DNA of 49,835 nucleotides from Octopus sinensis (Eukaryota): NCBI RefSeq assembly GCF_006345805.1, contig NW_021834451.1, positions 1 to 49,835 of the forward strand, read 5' to 3'. Shown piece by piece: positions 25,858 to 38,459 of this stretch (position 1 is its first letter; each line of letters starts with the position of its first letter). The notes under the pieces were generated by a model. It saw only the letters and a program-made list of their open reading frames with translations, ran no database searches and was not told where the DNA came from. The position numbers and the translations under genes were made by a program.

Positions 25858-26005
25858 TAACAGAGTTAAAAGAGTTTATAGACAATGTTCAAAAGGAGTG
25901 TGTGGGGGCAACCATCTTTATCAACAGTATGTATGCTGTGCAGGTTTGTTCTGCTTGTGTATAGGATACAGCTGCAATTGTGTTTACCGCCCATGGGCCT
26001 TGTAA
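25858..26005 (+). CDS. Gene 2, terminal exon 3a (NRVKR|VYRQCSKGVCGGNHLYQQYVCCAGLFCLCIGYSCNCVYRPWAL*); spliced product 97 aa
   Basis: Acceptor TATTTACAG|, phase 2; RVKR site; framework C-x4-C-x10-CC-x4-CxC-x4-CxC. Confidence 0.85.
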
Positions 26006-26421
26006 ATTTACCTTCGTATTGCTCTTGTGAATTCTGTGGATAATATCATTATACGCCCAGTTGCAATCTCTTTTCTGATTTTTCTTGTAAATTTACCTTC
26101 GTATTGCTCTTGTGAATTCATGTGGATAATATCATTATACGCCCAGTTGCAATCTCTTTTCTGATTTTTCTTGTAAATTTACCTTCGTATTGACGTTCTG
26201 CTCTTGTGAATTCTGTGGATAAATTTCATTCTTCTGAGAAAATCGATGAGATATAAACCCAAGAGAAAAACCTAACACAAACAAAGCAAAGGAACCAGAC
26301 AAACAACAAAAATACACTCAACTGCAACAAGAACGTCAACAAATGTTGTTGTTGTTATTGATGTTGCAACATCTCCTCCTCCTGGTCCACATCGTCGCCG
26401 CTGTCCTCCCCCCTCTACTTT

Positions 26422-26466
<45 letters not shown>

Positions 26467-27292
26467 CTTTTCAACTTTGAAATCTAATCAATCGTCAGAT
26501 CCTACAACAGTAGAAAACTATGAATAACCATCAAGAGACACAGTGAAATATAAAATATTAACGAGCAGAAGTTTGATTTTGTACTTTATCCTGGAAAGAA
26601 ATTCACGTATGTTGCACCAAGAACTGAAATGGTAAAACAAGAGAAAATCTGCAAACCATAATCTACAACTATAAGTTTTCTAACAAACCGAAATTAATAC
26701 GACGAATGTATTTAATATCTAATATATTTATGCTATTAATCCGTCAAATTTTAATGAAATTCCAATGAAATAAATTTATTAAAGCATCGCAAGTACTTGG
26801 TGTTTCGTTATTCACTGTGCTATTTGTTTTTAAGCTATTGAAACGGTAAGAAAATCTCAGTGCTTCGTTCTTCGCTGTGATGTTGGCCTTTAAGTTATGG
26901 ATTTGGATGTTAAGATTTTACATTGCAGCGTCACACTATATTATTGTAAAAAATGTATTCCTTTAGGTCAAAATAGTGGCAATAATTTGAACACTGGCAT
27001 TCAATAAGCGTGACATTGGAATTCTTGATATATATTTATATACCAAGTCGTTAACAAATTCGCGAAAATACACTAAGTAATAGTAAAAAGAAAAGAAAGA
27101 ATTGACTTGTGGTACTTGTTTTGGATCTGCATGTTGTGAGTTCAAGTGCCGTCAGATTCTTTAGCTTTATCGACGTCAATAAAATAAACACCATTATCGT
27201 TTAATCTCTTTTTATCCCATGCATTCCTTGCCTTTTCCCTTAATGAGAAACCCTAATTTAATAATAGTTTGTATTCTCTACTATATTTACAG

Positions 27293-27506
27293 TAACAGAG
27301 TTAAAAGATATCGTAAATGTTCAAAAGGATCTTGTGAGGGCCACCCTCTTCTTCGACACTATCATTGCTGTGCAGGTTTCATATGTCTGTGTAGAAGATA
27401 TCACTGCTATTGTAGTTCACAAAATATGATTCATGTGGATAATATCATTATACGCCCAGTTGCAATCTCTTTTCTGATTTTTCTTGTAAATTTACCTTCG
27501 TATTGA
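27293..27506 (+). CDS. Gene 2, alternative terminal exon 3b (NRVKR|YRKCSKGSCEGHPLLRHYHCCAGFICLCRRYHCYC + 30-aa tail); spliced product 119 aa
   Basis: Tandem duplicate of exon 3a with an intact acceptor, RVKR and identical Cys spacing. No separate signal or pro exon was found between 26005 and 27293. Confidence 0.75.
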
Positions 27507-27734
27507 CGTTCTGCTCTTGTGAATTCTGTGGATAAATTTCATACGTCTGAGAAAATCGATGAGATATAAATCCAAGAGAAAAACCTAAGACAAACAAAGC
27601 AAAAGAACCAGACAAACAACAAAAATACACTCAACTGCAACAAGAACGTCAACAAATGTTGTTGTTGTTATTGATGTTGCAACATCTCCTCCTCCTGGTC
27701 CACATCGTCGCCGCTGTCCTCCTCCCTCTACTTT

Positions 27735-27781
<47 letters not shown>

Positions 27782-28756
27782 ACTACCTTTTCAACTTTGA
27801 AATCTAATCAATCGTCAGATCCTACAACAGTAGAAAACTATGAATAACCATCAAGAGACACAGTGAAATATAAAATATTAACGAGCAGAAGTTTGATTTT
27901 GTACTTTATCCTGGAAAGAAATTCACGTATGTTGCACCAAGAACTGAAATGGTTAACCAAGAGAAAATCTGCAAACCATAATCTACAACTATAAGTGTTC
28001 TAACAAACCGAAATTAATACGACGAATGTATTTAATATCTAATATATTTATGCTATTAATCCGTCAAATTTTATGAAATTCCAATGAAATAAATTTATTA
28101 AAGCATCGCAAGTACTTGGTGTTTCGTTATTCGCTGTGCTATTTGTTTTTAAGCTATTGAAACGGTAAGAAAATCTCAGTGCTTCGTTCTCGCTGATGTT
28201 GGCCTTTAAGTTATGGATTTGGATGTTAAGATTTTACATTGCCGCGTCACACTATATTATTGTAAAAAAGAGGGAGAAAGGAAAAAAAAAGAGTTAGAAT
28301 AAAAATGCATGCGGTAAAGCAGTAGAAGATGGAGTGGGAGGGAGCGATGGGCAACATACCCCAGAATTAATGATGTGCTCAGTCGCATCCCGCGGCGATG
28401 GGTGAGAGACGTAGCTGCAGAGAATGGCCAACGACCCTTGTTGTAGCTGCCACGCCAACATCCCGGGTTGCACTTGGTTTGATGATGATTTTTCTGTAAT
28501 TAATTGCCAGCTGGGCGACCACGAAGTCTCGTGCATTTTCTTGACTGAGTTGCAAAATGGTAGAAAAAATGCCAAATAATGACACACACACATATACATA
28601 TACCCACACATGTACACACACACACACACGTAATTATAATAAGGGATTGGTATTATGCCTCTCTATGCACTGAAAATAGACGCCAAATGACCCCAACACA
28701 CAAAACTAAAGAAAGAACACAGGTCGTAGTTGAGCAAATGAAAGATAATGAATTTA

Positions 28757-29382
28757 ACTCTTACTCTTATACTCTTATACTTGTTTCAGTCATTTGACTG
28801 TGGCCATGCTGGAGCACCGCCTTTAGACGAGCAAATCGACCCCGGGACTTATTCTTTTGTAAGCCCAGTACTTATTCTATCGGTCTCTTTTGCCAAACCG
28901 CTAAGTTACAGAGACATAAACACACCAGCATCGGTTGTCAAGCAATCCTGGGGGGACAAACACAGACACACAAACACGTACACACACACACACATATATA
29001 TATATACATATATACGACAGGCTTCTTTCAGTTTCCGTCTACCAAATCCACTCACAAGGCATTGGTCGGCCTGGGGCTATAGCAGAAGACACTTGCCTGC
29101 CCAAGATGCCACGCAGTGGAACTGAACGCGGAACCATGTGGTTGGTAAGCAAGCTACTTACCACACAGCCATTCCTGTGATATATATATACAATCTCATA
29201 TATATATACATATATACGACGAGCTTCTTTCAGTTTCCGTCTACCAAATCCACTCACAAGGCATTGGTCGGCCTGGGGCTATAGCAGAAGACACTTGCCC
29301 AAGATGCCACGCAGTGGGACTGAACCCGGAACCATGTGGTTGGTAAGCAAGCTACTTACCACACAGCTACTCCTGCGCCTAT
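28757..29382 (-). mobile_element. SINE family A with duplicated 5' half
   Basis: Full copy 28757-29178 plus a second head at about 29200-29382. Confidence 0.8.
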
Positions 29383-29481
29383 GTTGGTTATACGTGTGCA
29401 AAACCCCGTTTCAAACTTAAGGTAAAAAAACTTATACCTACTTCTCTCTTCAGCAACGTTATTCCGTAGCATAGACACATA

Positions 29482-29709
29482 CTATTTCTTTACTACCCAC
29501 AAGGGGCTAAACACAGAGGGGACAAACAAGGACAAACGGATTAAGTCGATTACATCGACCCCAGTGGGTAACTGGTACTTATTTAATCGACCCCGAAAGG
29601 ATGAAAGGCAAAGTCGACCTCGGCGGAATTTGAACTCAGGACGTAATGGTAGACGAAATACGGCTACGCATTTCGCCCGGCGTGCTAACGTTTCTGCCAG
29701 CTCGCCGCC
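29482..29709 (-). mobile_element. tRNA-derived SINE family C
   Basis: Head GGCGGCGAGCTGGCAGAAACG...GAGTTCAAATTCC; tail GTGGGTAGTAAAGAAATAG. Confidence 0.85.
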
Positions 29710-29890
29710 TAGACACATACATAGACACATACATTTACTTGCAGTGGCTTCACACAACTGAAAGAGCTACTAAAAGTTTCATTCTGTTATGATACTTGAG
29801 CAGGCATATTCATAAACTACGCCATATATCTTAAAGCAATTTTTCAGGCTCTGTAAGAAAATAAGAAAAATGTGGAAAAAAATATATACA

Positions 29891-30057
29891 TAGGCGCAGG
29901 AGTGGCTGTGTGGTAAGTAGCTTGCTTACCAACCACATGGTTCCGGGTTCAGTCCCACTGAGTGACATCTTGGGCAGGTGTCTTCTGCTATAGCCCCGGG
30001 CCGACCAAAGCCTTGTGAGTGGATTTGGTAGACGGAAACTGAAAGAAGCCTGTCGTA

Positions 30058-30150
<93 letters not shown>

Positions 30151-30372
30151 GGTATGTATGTGTGTGTATATGTTTGTGTGTCTGTGTTTGTCCCCCAGCA
30201 TCGCTTGACAACCGATGCTGGTGTGTTTACGTCCCCGTCACTTAGCGGTTCGGCAAAAGAGAGACCGATAGAATAAGTACTGGGCTTACAAAAGAATAAG
30301 TCCCGGGGTCGACTTGCTCGACTAAAGGCGGTGCTCCAGCATGGTTGCAGTCAAATGACTGAAACAAGTAAA
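29891..30372 (+). mobile_element. SINE family A
   Basis: Full-length match. Confidence 0.85.
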
Positions 30373-30502
30373 AAACAAAAACAAAAAAAATCAATTTTGC
30401 TCATTGATCGAATGTTTTAGTCATAATTCTAATTATTTTGTGATGACCTGGGTCAGAATATTCAAACCTGCTGCAATTTTCAGAAAGTTGTATTTATGGA
30501 AT

Positions 30503-30884
30503 GGAAGCACTCCGTCGGTTACGACGATGAGGGTTCCGGTTGATCCGAATCAACGGAACAGCTTGCTCGTGATATTAAAGTGCAAGTGGCTGAGCACTCC
30601 ACAGACACGTGTACCCCTAACGTAGTTCTCGAAGAGATTCAGCGTGACACAGAGTGTGACAAGGCCGGCCCTTTGAAATACAGGCACAAGAGAAACAGGA
30701 AGAAAGAGCGAGAGAAAGTTGTGGTGAAAAAGTACAGCAGGGTTCACCACCACCCCCTGCCGGAGCCTCGTGGAGCTTTAGGTGTTTTCGCTCAATAAAC
30801 ACTCACAACGCCCGGTCTGGGAATCGAAACCGCGATCCTATGACCGCGTGTCCGCTGCCCTAACCACTGGGCCATTGCGCCTCC
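30503..30884 (-). mobile_element. SINE family B
   Basis: Reverse-complement match; TGTATTTAT on both sides. Confidence 0.85.
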
Positions 30885-31240
30885 TGTATTTATAGACATG
30901 TGAAAAACAAAGCACTGCCAATGGTTTATGTTTGTTTACATTCTGACGTTTTCAGTGGTGAACTGTGTCATAACTGCAGATATAAATTTCAGCATAGTAT
31001 AAAATGTCTTTATAATTACCTACTCATTGAAATATTAGAAATGGAAAAAGAGAAGCGGTGAAAGATACACGGAGGACATTTGCAAAGAGTCGAAACAGTG
31101 TAAATGTCAACAACGAGGGGGATAACTGCACCAGCGAACACCACGTTTTGTTGATAACGTTTGTATATGATAAGCAGGTAACGTTTAAATTATTTGTTAT
31201 TGCTGTGCGTCGATTAGTAATGGCTATACTGTAATTAAAG

Positions 31241-31625
31241 GTGGAGGCGCAATGGCCCAGTGGTTAGGGCAGCGGACTCGCGGTCATAGGATCGCGGTTT
31301 CGATTCCCAGACCGGGCGTTGTGAGTGTTTATTGAGCGAAAACACCTAAAAGCTCCACGAGGCTCCGGCAGGGGATGGTGGTGATCCCTGCTGTACTCTT
31401 TCACCACAACTTTCTCTCACTCTTACTTCCTGTTTCTGTTGTACCTGTATTTCAAGGGGCCAGCCTTGTCACTCTCTGTGTCACGCTGAATATCCCCGAG
31501 AACTACGTTAAGGGTACACGTGTCTGTGGAGTACTCAGCCACTTACACGTTAATTTCACGAGCAGGCTGTTCCGTTGATTCGGATCAACCGGAACCCTCA
31601 TCGTCGTAACCGACGGAGTGCTTCC
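31241..31625 (+). mobile_element. SINE family B
   Basis: Full-length match. Confidence 0.85.
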
Positions 31626-32436
31626 CACTATAATTAAGATAATAAGAAATAAATTGTAGTAAAATTGTCAAAAAGAAATGAGCTTTTTTGATTAGGAGGA
31701 AGTTTCAAATTAAATTTTAAGAATTTTTCTTATTAACTTAAATTCCGAAAATTTAAAACGAAATTAAAGTGCATTAAATTGAAAACAAAATAAGTTTAAA
31801 CTACGTTAAACTTACAAATTACAATTTTGTTTTCAATTTTGTTTACAATAATGTTTTCTTTTGACGCATTCTACCAGTATACGAAGTTTCAAATTGTTTA
31901 GTTAACTAGAAAATTCCGTCCATCAAAAGGAAAAGATACCATTTCTGCAAATAAAAGATAGATCAAATATTTTTTGACTAAAGTTTGATGTATTAAGACT
32001 AGAAATATGAATACATACACAGTAACATATCTGGATTAAAGAAAAAAAGGAGCGTGAAGATTAAAAATAAGATTAAAAGAGAAAAAAAAGGAATAATTTA
32101 ACTGTCCAAGAATGTTTCAGGCCAAAAGAGAAAAAGAGAAAGAAAGAGAGAAGAAACCTTACTGCGATGCGAGGGAGACAAGTGTGTAGATTTCATATAA
32201 TAGTTTATATATATATAAAAAAAATTTTTCCTTTACAATTCTTGAAAAGTCACATTATGACGAAAATCGGTTTGAATTAATATATATTTATATATTTTAT
32301 CAATTTTTCAAAAACTTTTTCCATACCCCCATTTTCATTAAAATTTTCTTTCAATTTAGCATTCTGCATTTTTGCAATTTTTCCTTGCTTATCATTTCTC
32401 CACGTGCGGTCAACACAACCCCACCATTTATTGATC

Positions 32437-32467
<31 letters not shown>

Positions 32468-33062
32468 TATATAATCCTTTCTTCTATAGGAACAAGGCCT
32501 AATGTCACTTTTTACCTCATACCATTTTTGCTACAAAATTTTATTGCATAAAATTATCAGTTTCAGATTCCTCTCGTTTTGATTTATCATTTGAGCTTAA
32601 ATGAAATATAGATTACTATTTAATTAAGAACGTTTCTTGAAATCAAAATCGATTGAGGGCATTACTTACTTTTTTCAGCACTTTTGGTTTCACAACATTA
32701 TATTAAAGATTGTTTTGATAAAATTGACATTTTTAGATTCCTCTCGTTTCGTTCTATCATTTAAACTTAAATAAAATATAGTTTTCTTTTAAAATAAGGA
32801 AGCTACATTGATTCAAAGTCGATCTTTTGCCTTACTCTCCCCTTTTGGACCTCAAATATGTTAACGTAACTTTTTTTCACTGAACTAAATTTCAATAATT
32901 TTATGCCAAAATGTAGCTTGGGAGGTGACTATCATGGAACTGTTAACAATTTCGAATTTGGCTGAGAAACGAATTAGTGACAAAGCCTTGAAAAGGCTGC
33001 GGGTGTGTAAATATCGGTCTTAAGAATATTATTCAACCACTACCGCTGTTGAATGATAATTC

Positions 33063-33400
33063 TCTTTACTCTTTTACTCTTTTACTTGTTTCAGTCATTT
33101 GACTGCGGCCATGCTGGAGCACCGCCTTTAATCGAGCAACTCGACCCCGGGACTTATTCTTTGTAAGCCCAGTACTTATTCTATCGGTCTCTCTTTTGCC
33201 GAACCGCTAAGCGAAGGAAGAGTGAGAGAAAGTTGGAGCGAAAGAGTACAACAGGGGTCGCCACCACCCCCTGCCGGGGCCTCGTGGAGCTTTAGGTGTC
33301 TTCGCTCAATAAACACACACAACGCCCAGTCTGGGAATCGAAACCGCGATCCTCCGACCGCGAATCCACTGCCCTAACCACTGGGCCATTGCTCCTCCAC
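33063..33400 (-). mobile_element. Chimeric SINE (family B 5' half + family A 3' half)
   Basis: Junction near 33212. Confidence 0.75.
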
Positions 33401-33523
33401 TGCTGCTGCTGCCAACTCAAACGTTGAGCTGTTTAAAATAAAATAACGAAATCGATGTTAATACACATTTCTTGGACTGCTTCCTTCTGAAGATAGGTCT
33501 TTGCACCTGAAATATTAAGGTTC

Positions 33524-34003
33524 TGTAATGGGAACTGGTTGCTTCTTTACACTTTTGGGGTGCAACTTGGGTGCAACACAATTTCCTTTCTTTTTGTTTC
33601 TAGAAACTACCAGTCAGGAACGAAAAGCAAGTTTAGAAATATATATAATTCTTTATTCTCTTATTCAACAATGAAACACGATGGTATACTGGTATCCATT
33701 CTTACAACAATTCAGCAGCAATAGATAGGTTAAATCCCAAGCGTCTGGGACAGGAGAATAGGTTGATCACACGTATGAAAATACGTCCTTTCTCTTCGAT
33801 CGCCGTGCCTCAAGTCCCCGAACGCTATTAAGGAACGCTATAGAATTTACTCTTCAGTCTCTAGCGCATGTGCATGGGGAAACTTCCTTATGCCTTTCCA
33901 GAAGGTTCCAACCCCGCACACGCACACTGAAGAAAGACGCTCCGCACACGCACACCGAAGAATGACGTTGCGTGTGCGCACACTGGAATATGACGTCACT
34001 ACA
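33524..34003 (-). mobile_element. Solo LTR
   Basis: TGTAATG...CACTACA termini, 4-bp TSD GTTC (33520-33523, 34004-34007); AATAAA on the - strand near 33655 suggests orientation. Confidence 0.7.
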
Positions 34004-34121
34004 GTTCTATTGTAAAACATTTTGCATTATTTTGAAGCTTTATCTATTTCCTTTTCCTTTCACCTTTATTTTTAGACAAGTGGACTACAATGCTCTCATT
34101 TGTTTCTATATCAACAGGTGC

Positions 34122-34194
34122 ATGATGAAATCTACCGTTGCCCTTTATTTCTGTTTCTGCGTCCTAATTCCAGAAACCTTTTCACATGATCGAA
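34122..34194 (+). CDS. Knottin prepropeptide gene 3, coding exon 1 (signal peptide MMKSTVALYFCFCVLIPETFSHDR)
   Basis: Acceptor CAACAG|GTGCATGATG, the same context as gene 1; 24 codons + 1 nt; donor A|GTAAGT. Confidence 0.8.
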
Positions 34195-34612
34195 GTAAGT
34201 CTTCACTATTCGCAAATGATACATAGTGACCAAAAAGAGTGTCAAAAGAGCAGAGGAGAGTTTGAGCGACGGAGAGTGGTTCCCTCTGTTGAGTTTTCGT
34301 GTCTTATTAAATGACAAAAAAGGTAGACAACCTCGATTTTGTGACCACTACACAGCTTTCATTACGTTTGTTTATTGCATTCAGTGTTGTCTTCACTATA
34401 TTTATGATGTCCAAGAGAAAAATACACACAGAAAGAGAGAAATGAAGACGGTTACAGTAACGAATGGTTTCTATGGCAACTGTTTTCAGCATCATTTTTA
34501 TTTTTATCAATATTGTTTGATTACTAAAAGCTGATTTTTAAATATTTTAAAGTGTTTTATCGGTTCTCTATTTCAGAATGATTCGGAAATATTTATCTAT
34601 TCTGTGCTATAT

Positions 34613-35737
34613 TATTTCTTTACTACCCACAAGGGGTTAAACACAGAGGGGACAAACAAGGACAGACAAACGGATTAAGTCGATTACATCGACCCCAGTG
34701 CGTAAACTTGTACTTAATTTATCGACCCGAAAGGATGAAAGGCAAAGTTGACCTCGGCGGAATTTGAACTCAGAACGTAACGGCAGACGCAATACCTATT
34801 TCTTTACTACCCACAAGGGGCTAAACACAGAGGAGACAAACAAGGACAGACAAACGGATTAAGTCGATTAGATCGACCCCAGTGCGTAACTGGTACTTAA
34901 TTTATCGACCCCGAAAGAATGAAAGGCAAAGTTGACCTCGGCGGAATTTGAACTCAGAACGTAACGGCAGACGCATACCTATTTCTTTACTACCCACAAG
35001 GCCCCAAAACAAGGACAGACAAAGGGATTAAGTCGATTAGATCGACCCAGTGCGTAACTGGTACTTAATTTATCGACCCCGAAAGAATGAAAGGGCAAAG
35101 TTGACCTCGGCGGAATTTGAACTCAGAAACTAACGGCGAGACGCAATACCTATTTCTTTACTACCCACAAGGGGCTAAACACAGAGGGGACAAAACAAGG
35201 ACAGACCAAAGGGATTAAGTCGATTATATCGACCCCAGTGCGTTAACTGGTACTTAATTTATCGACCCCGAAAGGATGAAAGGCAAAGTCAACCTCGGCG
35301 GAATTTGAACTCAGAACGTAACGGCAGACGCAATACCTATTTCTTTACTACCCACAAGGGGCCAAACAAGGACAGACAAACGGATTAAGTCGATTAGATC
35401 GACCCCAGTGCGTAACTGGTACTTAATTTATCGATCCCGAAAGAATGAAAGGCAAAGTTGACCTCGGCGGAATTTGAACTCAGAACGTAACGGCAGACGC
35501 AATACCTATTTCTTTACTACCCACAAGGGGCTAAACACAGAGGGGACAAACAAGGACAGACAAAGGGATTAAGTCGATTATATCGACCCCAGTGCGTAAC
35601 TGGTACTTAATTTATCGACCCCGAAAGGATGAAAGGCAAAGTCAACCTCGGCGGAATTTGAACTCAGAACGTAACGGCAGGCGAAATACCGCTAAGCATT
35701 TCGCCCGGCGCGCTAACGTTTCTGCCAGCTCACCGCC
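34613..35737 (-). repeat. Tandem concatemer of six SINE family C units (169-187 bp)
   Basis: Units start at 34613, 34797, 34980, 35151, 35338 and 35507; only the last carries the complete tRNA head. Confidence 0.9.
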
Positions 35738-35924
35738 TTGTAACTTATATATATATGTGTGTGTGTTTGTTTGTTGCGTGTTTGTGCTCATGTGAGTGTA
35801 CAAGTATCTCTTTAGTCGCCCGCTAAGTTAAACTCTTTCGGTCGGCCCGGATCAAGTCGTATGGCATTGTCGTTTCGGAATGGAAAGTAACCAGTGATAT
35901 ATGATCAATTATATTGACTTCAGG

Positions 35925-36134
<210 letters not shown>

Positions 36135-36520
36135 ATCTAAATTCTAGCAGTTACAATCCAGTCATCTTTTATTTCGGATATTTTATTTAAAGACTTACGG
36201 AGATGTACTCGCATAGCAAGTAATTTGATCTGAGATCGTGTGCTGAAACGAAAACAATTGCAGCGTGGAAGGTGTTTATAAGCCATTTAAGAAACACACA
36301 AAAGCCGTTCGATTCACTACAACATTTAAGTTTAATTTGTCAAAATATTTTCGTCGCTAAAATCCGCGACCTGTTCACTGACAAAAATCCGTGCTGCATC
36401 ACGGATTTAAAGACTTGTATTTAAAGACTGTTATTGCGCTAAGGTCATTTGTATGTTTCTATTTAGAAGGTCGAAAGATCATATCATTACATATTTGGAA
36501 ACTGTTTCTTATATTTCCAG

Positions 36521-36572
36521 GACCTGCTGAAGAACTTACGATAGACAAAATACACAGTATTTTAACAGAAAG
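36521..36572 (+). CDS. Gene 3, coding exon 2 (propeptide RPAEELTIDKIHSILTER)
   Basis: Acceptor TTTCCAG|, donor AG|GTAAGA; 52 nt (2+48+2); acidic propeptide. Confidence 0.75.
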
Positions 36573-37129
36573 GTAAGAATTATACATCCATAAATGCTGC
36601 AGATGTCTTATTTATTACGTTTGAAATAATAACTATTTTGAGTTTATTGCTAAATTCTTGATTTCCATGCTTGCTTGAGGCGCATTTTATATGGATTAGG
36701 CTTCGAAAACAAGTTTCATTCAGTAGAGATCGAAGAATGATCCCTTTATTTTAATGTTAAAAGATGCATCTAAAACGGAAACGACCAAAACAAAAGGTTT
36801 AACATTGTCTGACGCATATTCCCCAGATCCAGCTAAAATGCTAACAAATATGCACATGAAAACGCAGATTCTTCTTGACAGACAAAATGTGTGCATGAAT
36901 TTGCATGGTTGCATTTGCTGAATATGTCACTTCTGTCTTTATTACGGGTATTTTAAAACAGTTCACCATTATACGAAAGGGAAAAAGACGTAAAGAGTGA
37001 ATATGTTGTATTAACAGTTTTAAAACTACTTTGAATGTAATGCAATTTATTTTTTCATAATATGTGAAAATGAACTTTTGCTGTCATATATATATATATA
37101 ATATATATATATAATAATATATATATATC

Positions 37130-37161
<32 letters not shown>

Positions 37162-37384
37162 TTTAAATGATGTGTTTTGAAGTTTTGCATTCGGTAAAAT
37201 TTTGTTTTTTTAGTAGTTTTGACCGCATGGTCCCTCTTAGCGTGTTGGTATCTACGAATAGTAGTACCCTCAATATAATATAAAATGATATTTTCAAAGA
37301 GGAAGATTTTACGGATTTTTCTCTTACGAGGTTTTCACGCTGACTACTGATAATTTCTTTAAAGATTTTATCCTCAATTGTTAA

Positions 37385-37482
37385 TTATATATATATTATA
37401 TATATATATATATATATAATATATATAGATATATATATATATATATATACAGATATATATATATATGTATATATATACATAT

Positions 37483-37514
<32 letters not shown>

Positions 37515-37604
37515 TACATATATTATATATATATATATATATTATATATATATATATACATATATATATGTATATATATATGTATATATATATATATATG
37601 AATA

Positions 37605-37647
<43 letters not shown>

Positions 37648-38024
37648 TATATATATAACGGGAAGCTTTATGAAAATAACACAAAAGACGAAGGCAGGTG
37701 GAAACAAACGAACAATTGTATTAGTATGGCGCTCAGGAAATATAAATAAAACAAGTCTTTAACGTTTCGAGCCTACGCTCTTCAACAGAAAGATACACAG
37801 AGAGAGAAAACACAGAAAGAAGGAGAGAAAAAAATGCGTGCAGTAGCTAACGAATCAACATGGCGATATACAGATATATATATATATATACATATATATA
37901 TATCATACATATATATATATACATATAATATATATATATACATATATCTATACATATACATATATATATCTATATACATATATAATATATATATATATAC
38001 ATATATATATATGTAATATATATG

Positions 38025-38056
<32 letters not shown>

Positions 38057-38123
38057 CATATATATATATGTAGATATATGATATATTATATATATGTATA
38101 TATATATGTATTATATAATATAC

Positions 38124-38161
<38 letters not shown>

Positions 38162-38424
38162 GTATATATATATGTATATATATATAGATATGTATATATA
38201 TGTATATATATTATGTATATATATATATATATATATGATATCTTATGTATATATTATATATATAATATATAATATATATATATTGTATATATATATATGT
38301 ATATATATATGTATATATATAATATATAGTAATATATATATATGTATATATATATGTATATATATGTATATCTATATATATAATATTATATATATATGTA
38401 TATATATATGTATGTATATATATG

Positions 38425-38459
<35 letters not shown>

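Larger units (their letters stand above)
25606..28268 (+). repeat. Tandem duplication of the gene 2 terminal exon module (about 1.3 kb x2, junction near 26953)
   Basis: Upstream intron and 3' block are repeated almost identically; the junction joins the end of the 3' block to the sequence seen at 10821 in gene 1. Confidence 0.9.

Noticed and set aside
34613-35737. CRISPR-like array (also 41900-42930)
   Set aside because: No unique spacers and no cas genes, eukaryotic context, and the units derive from SINEs.
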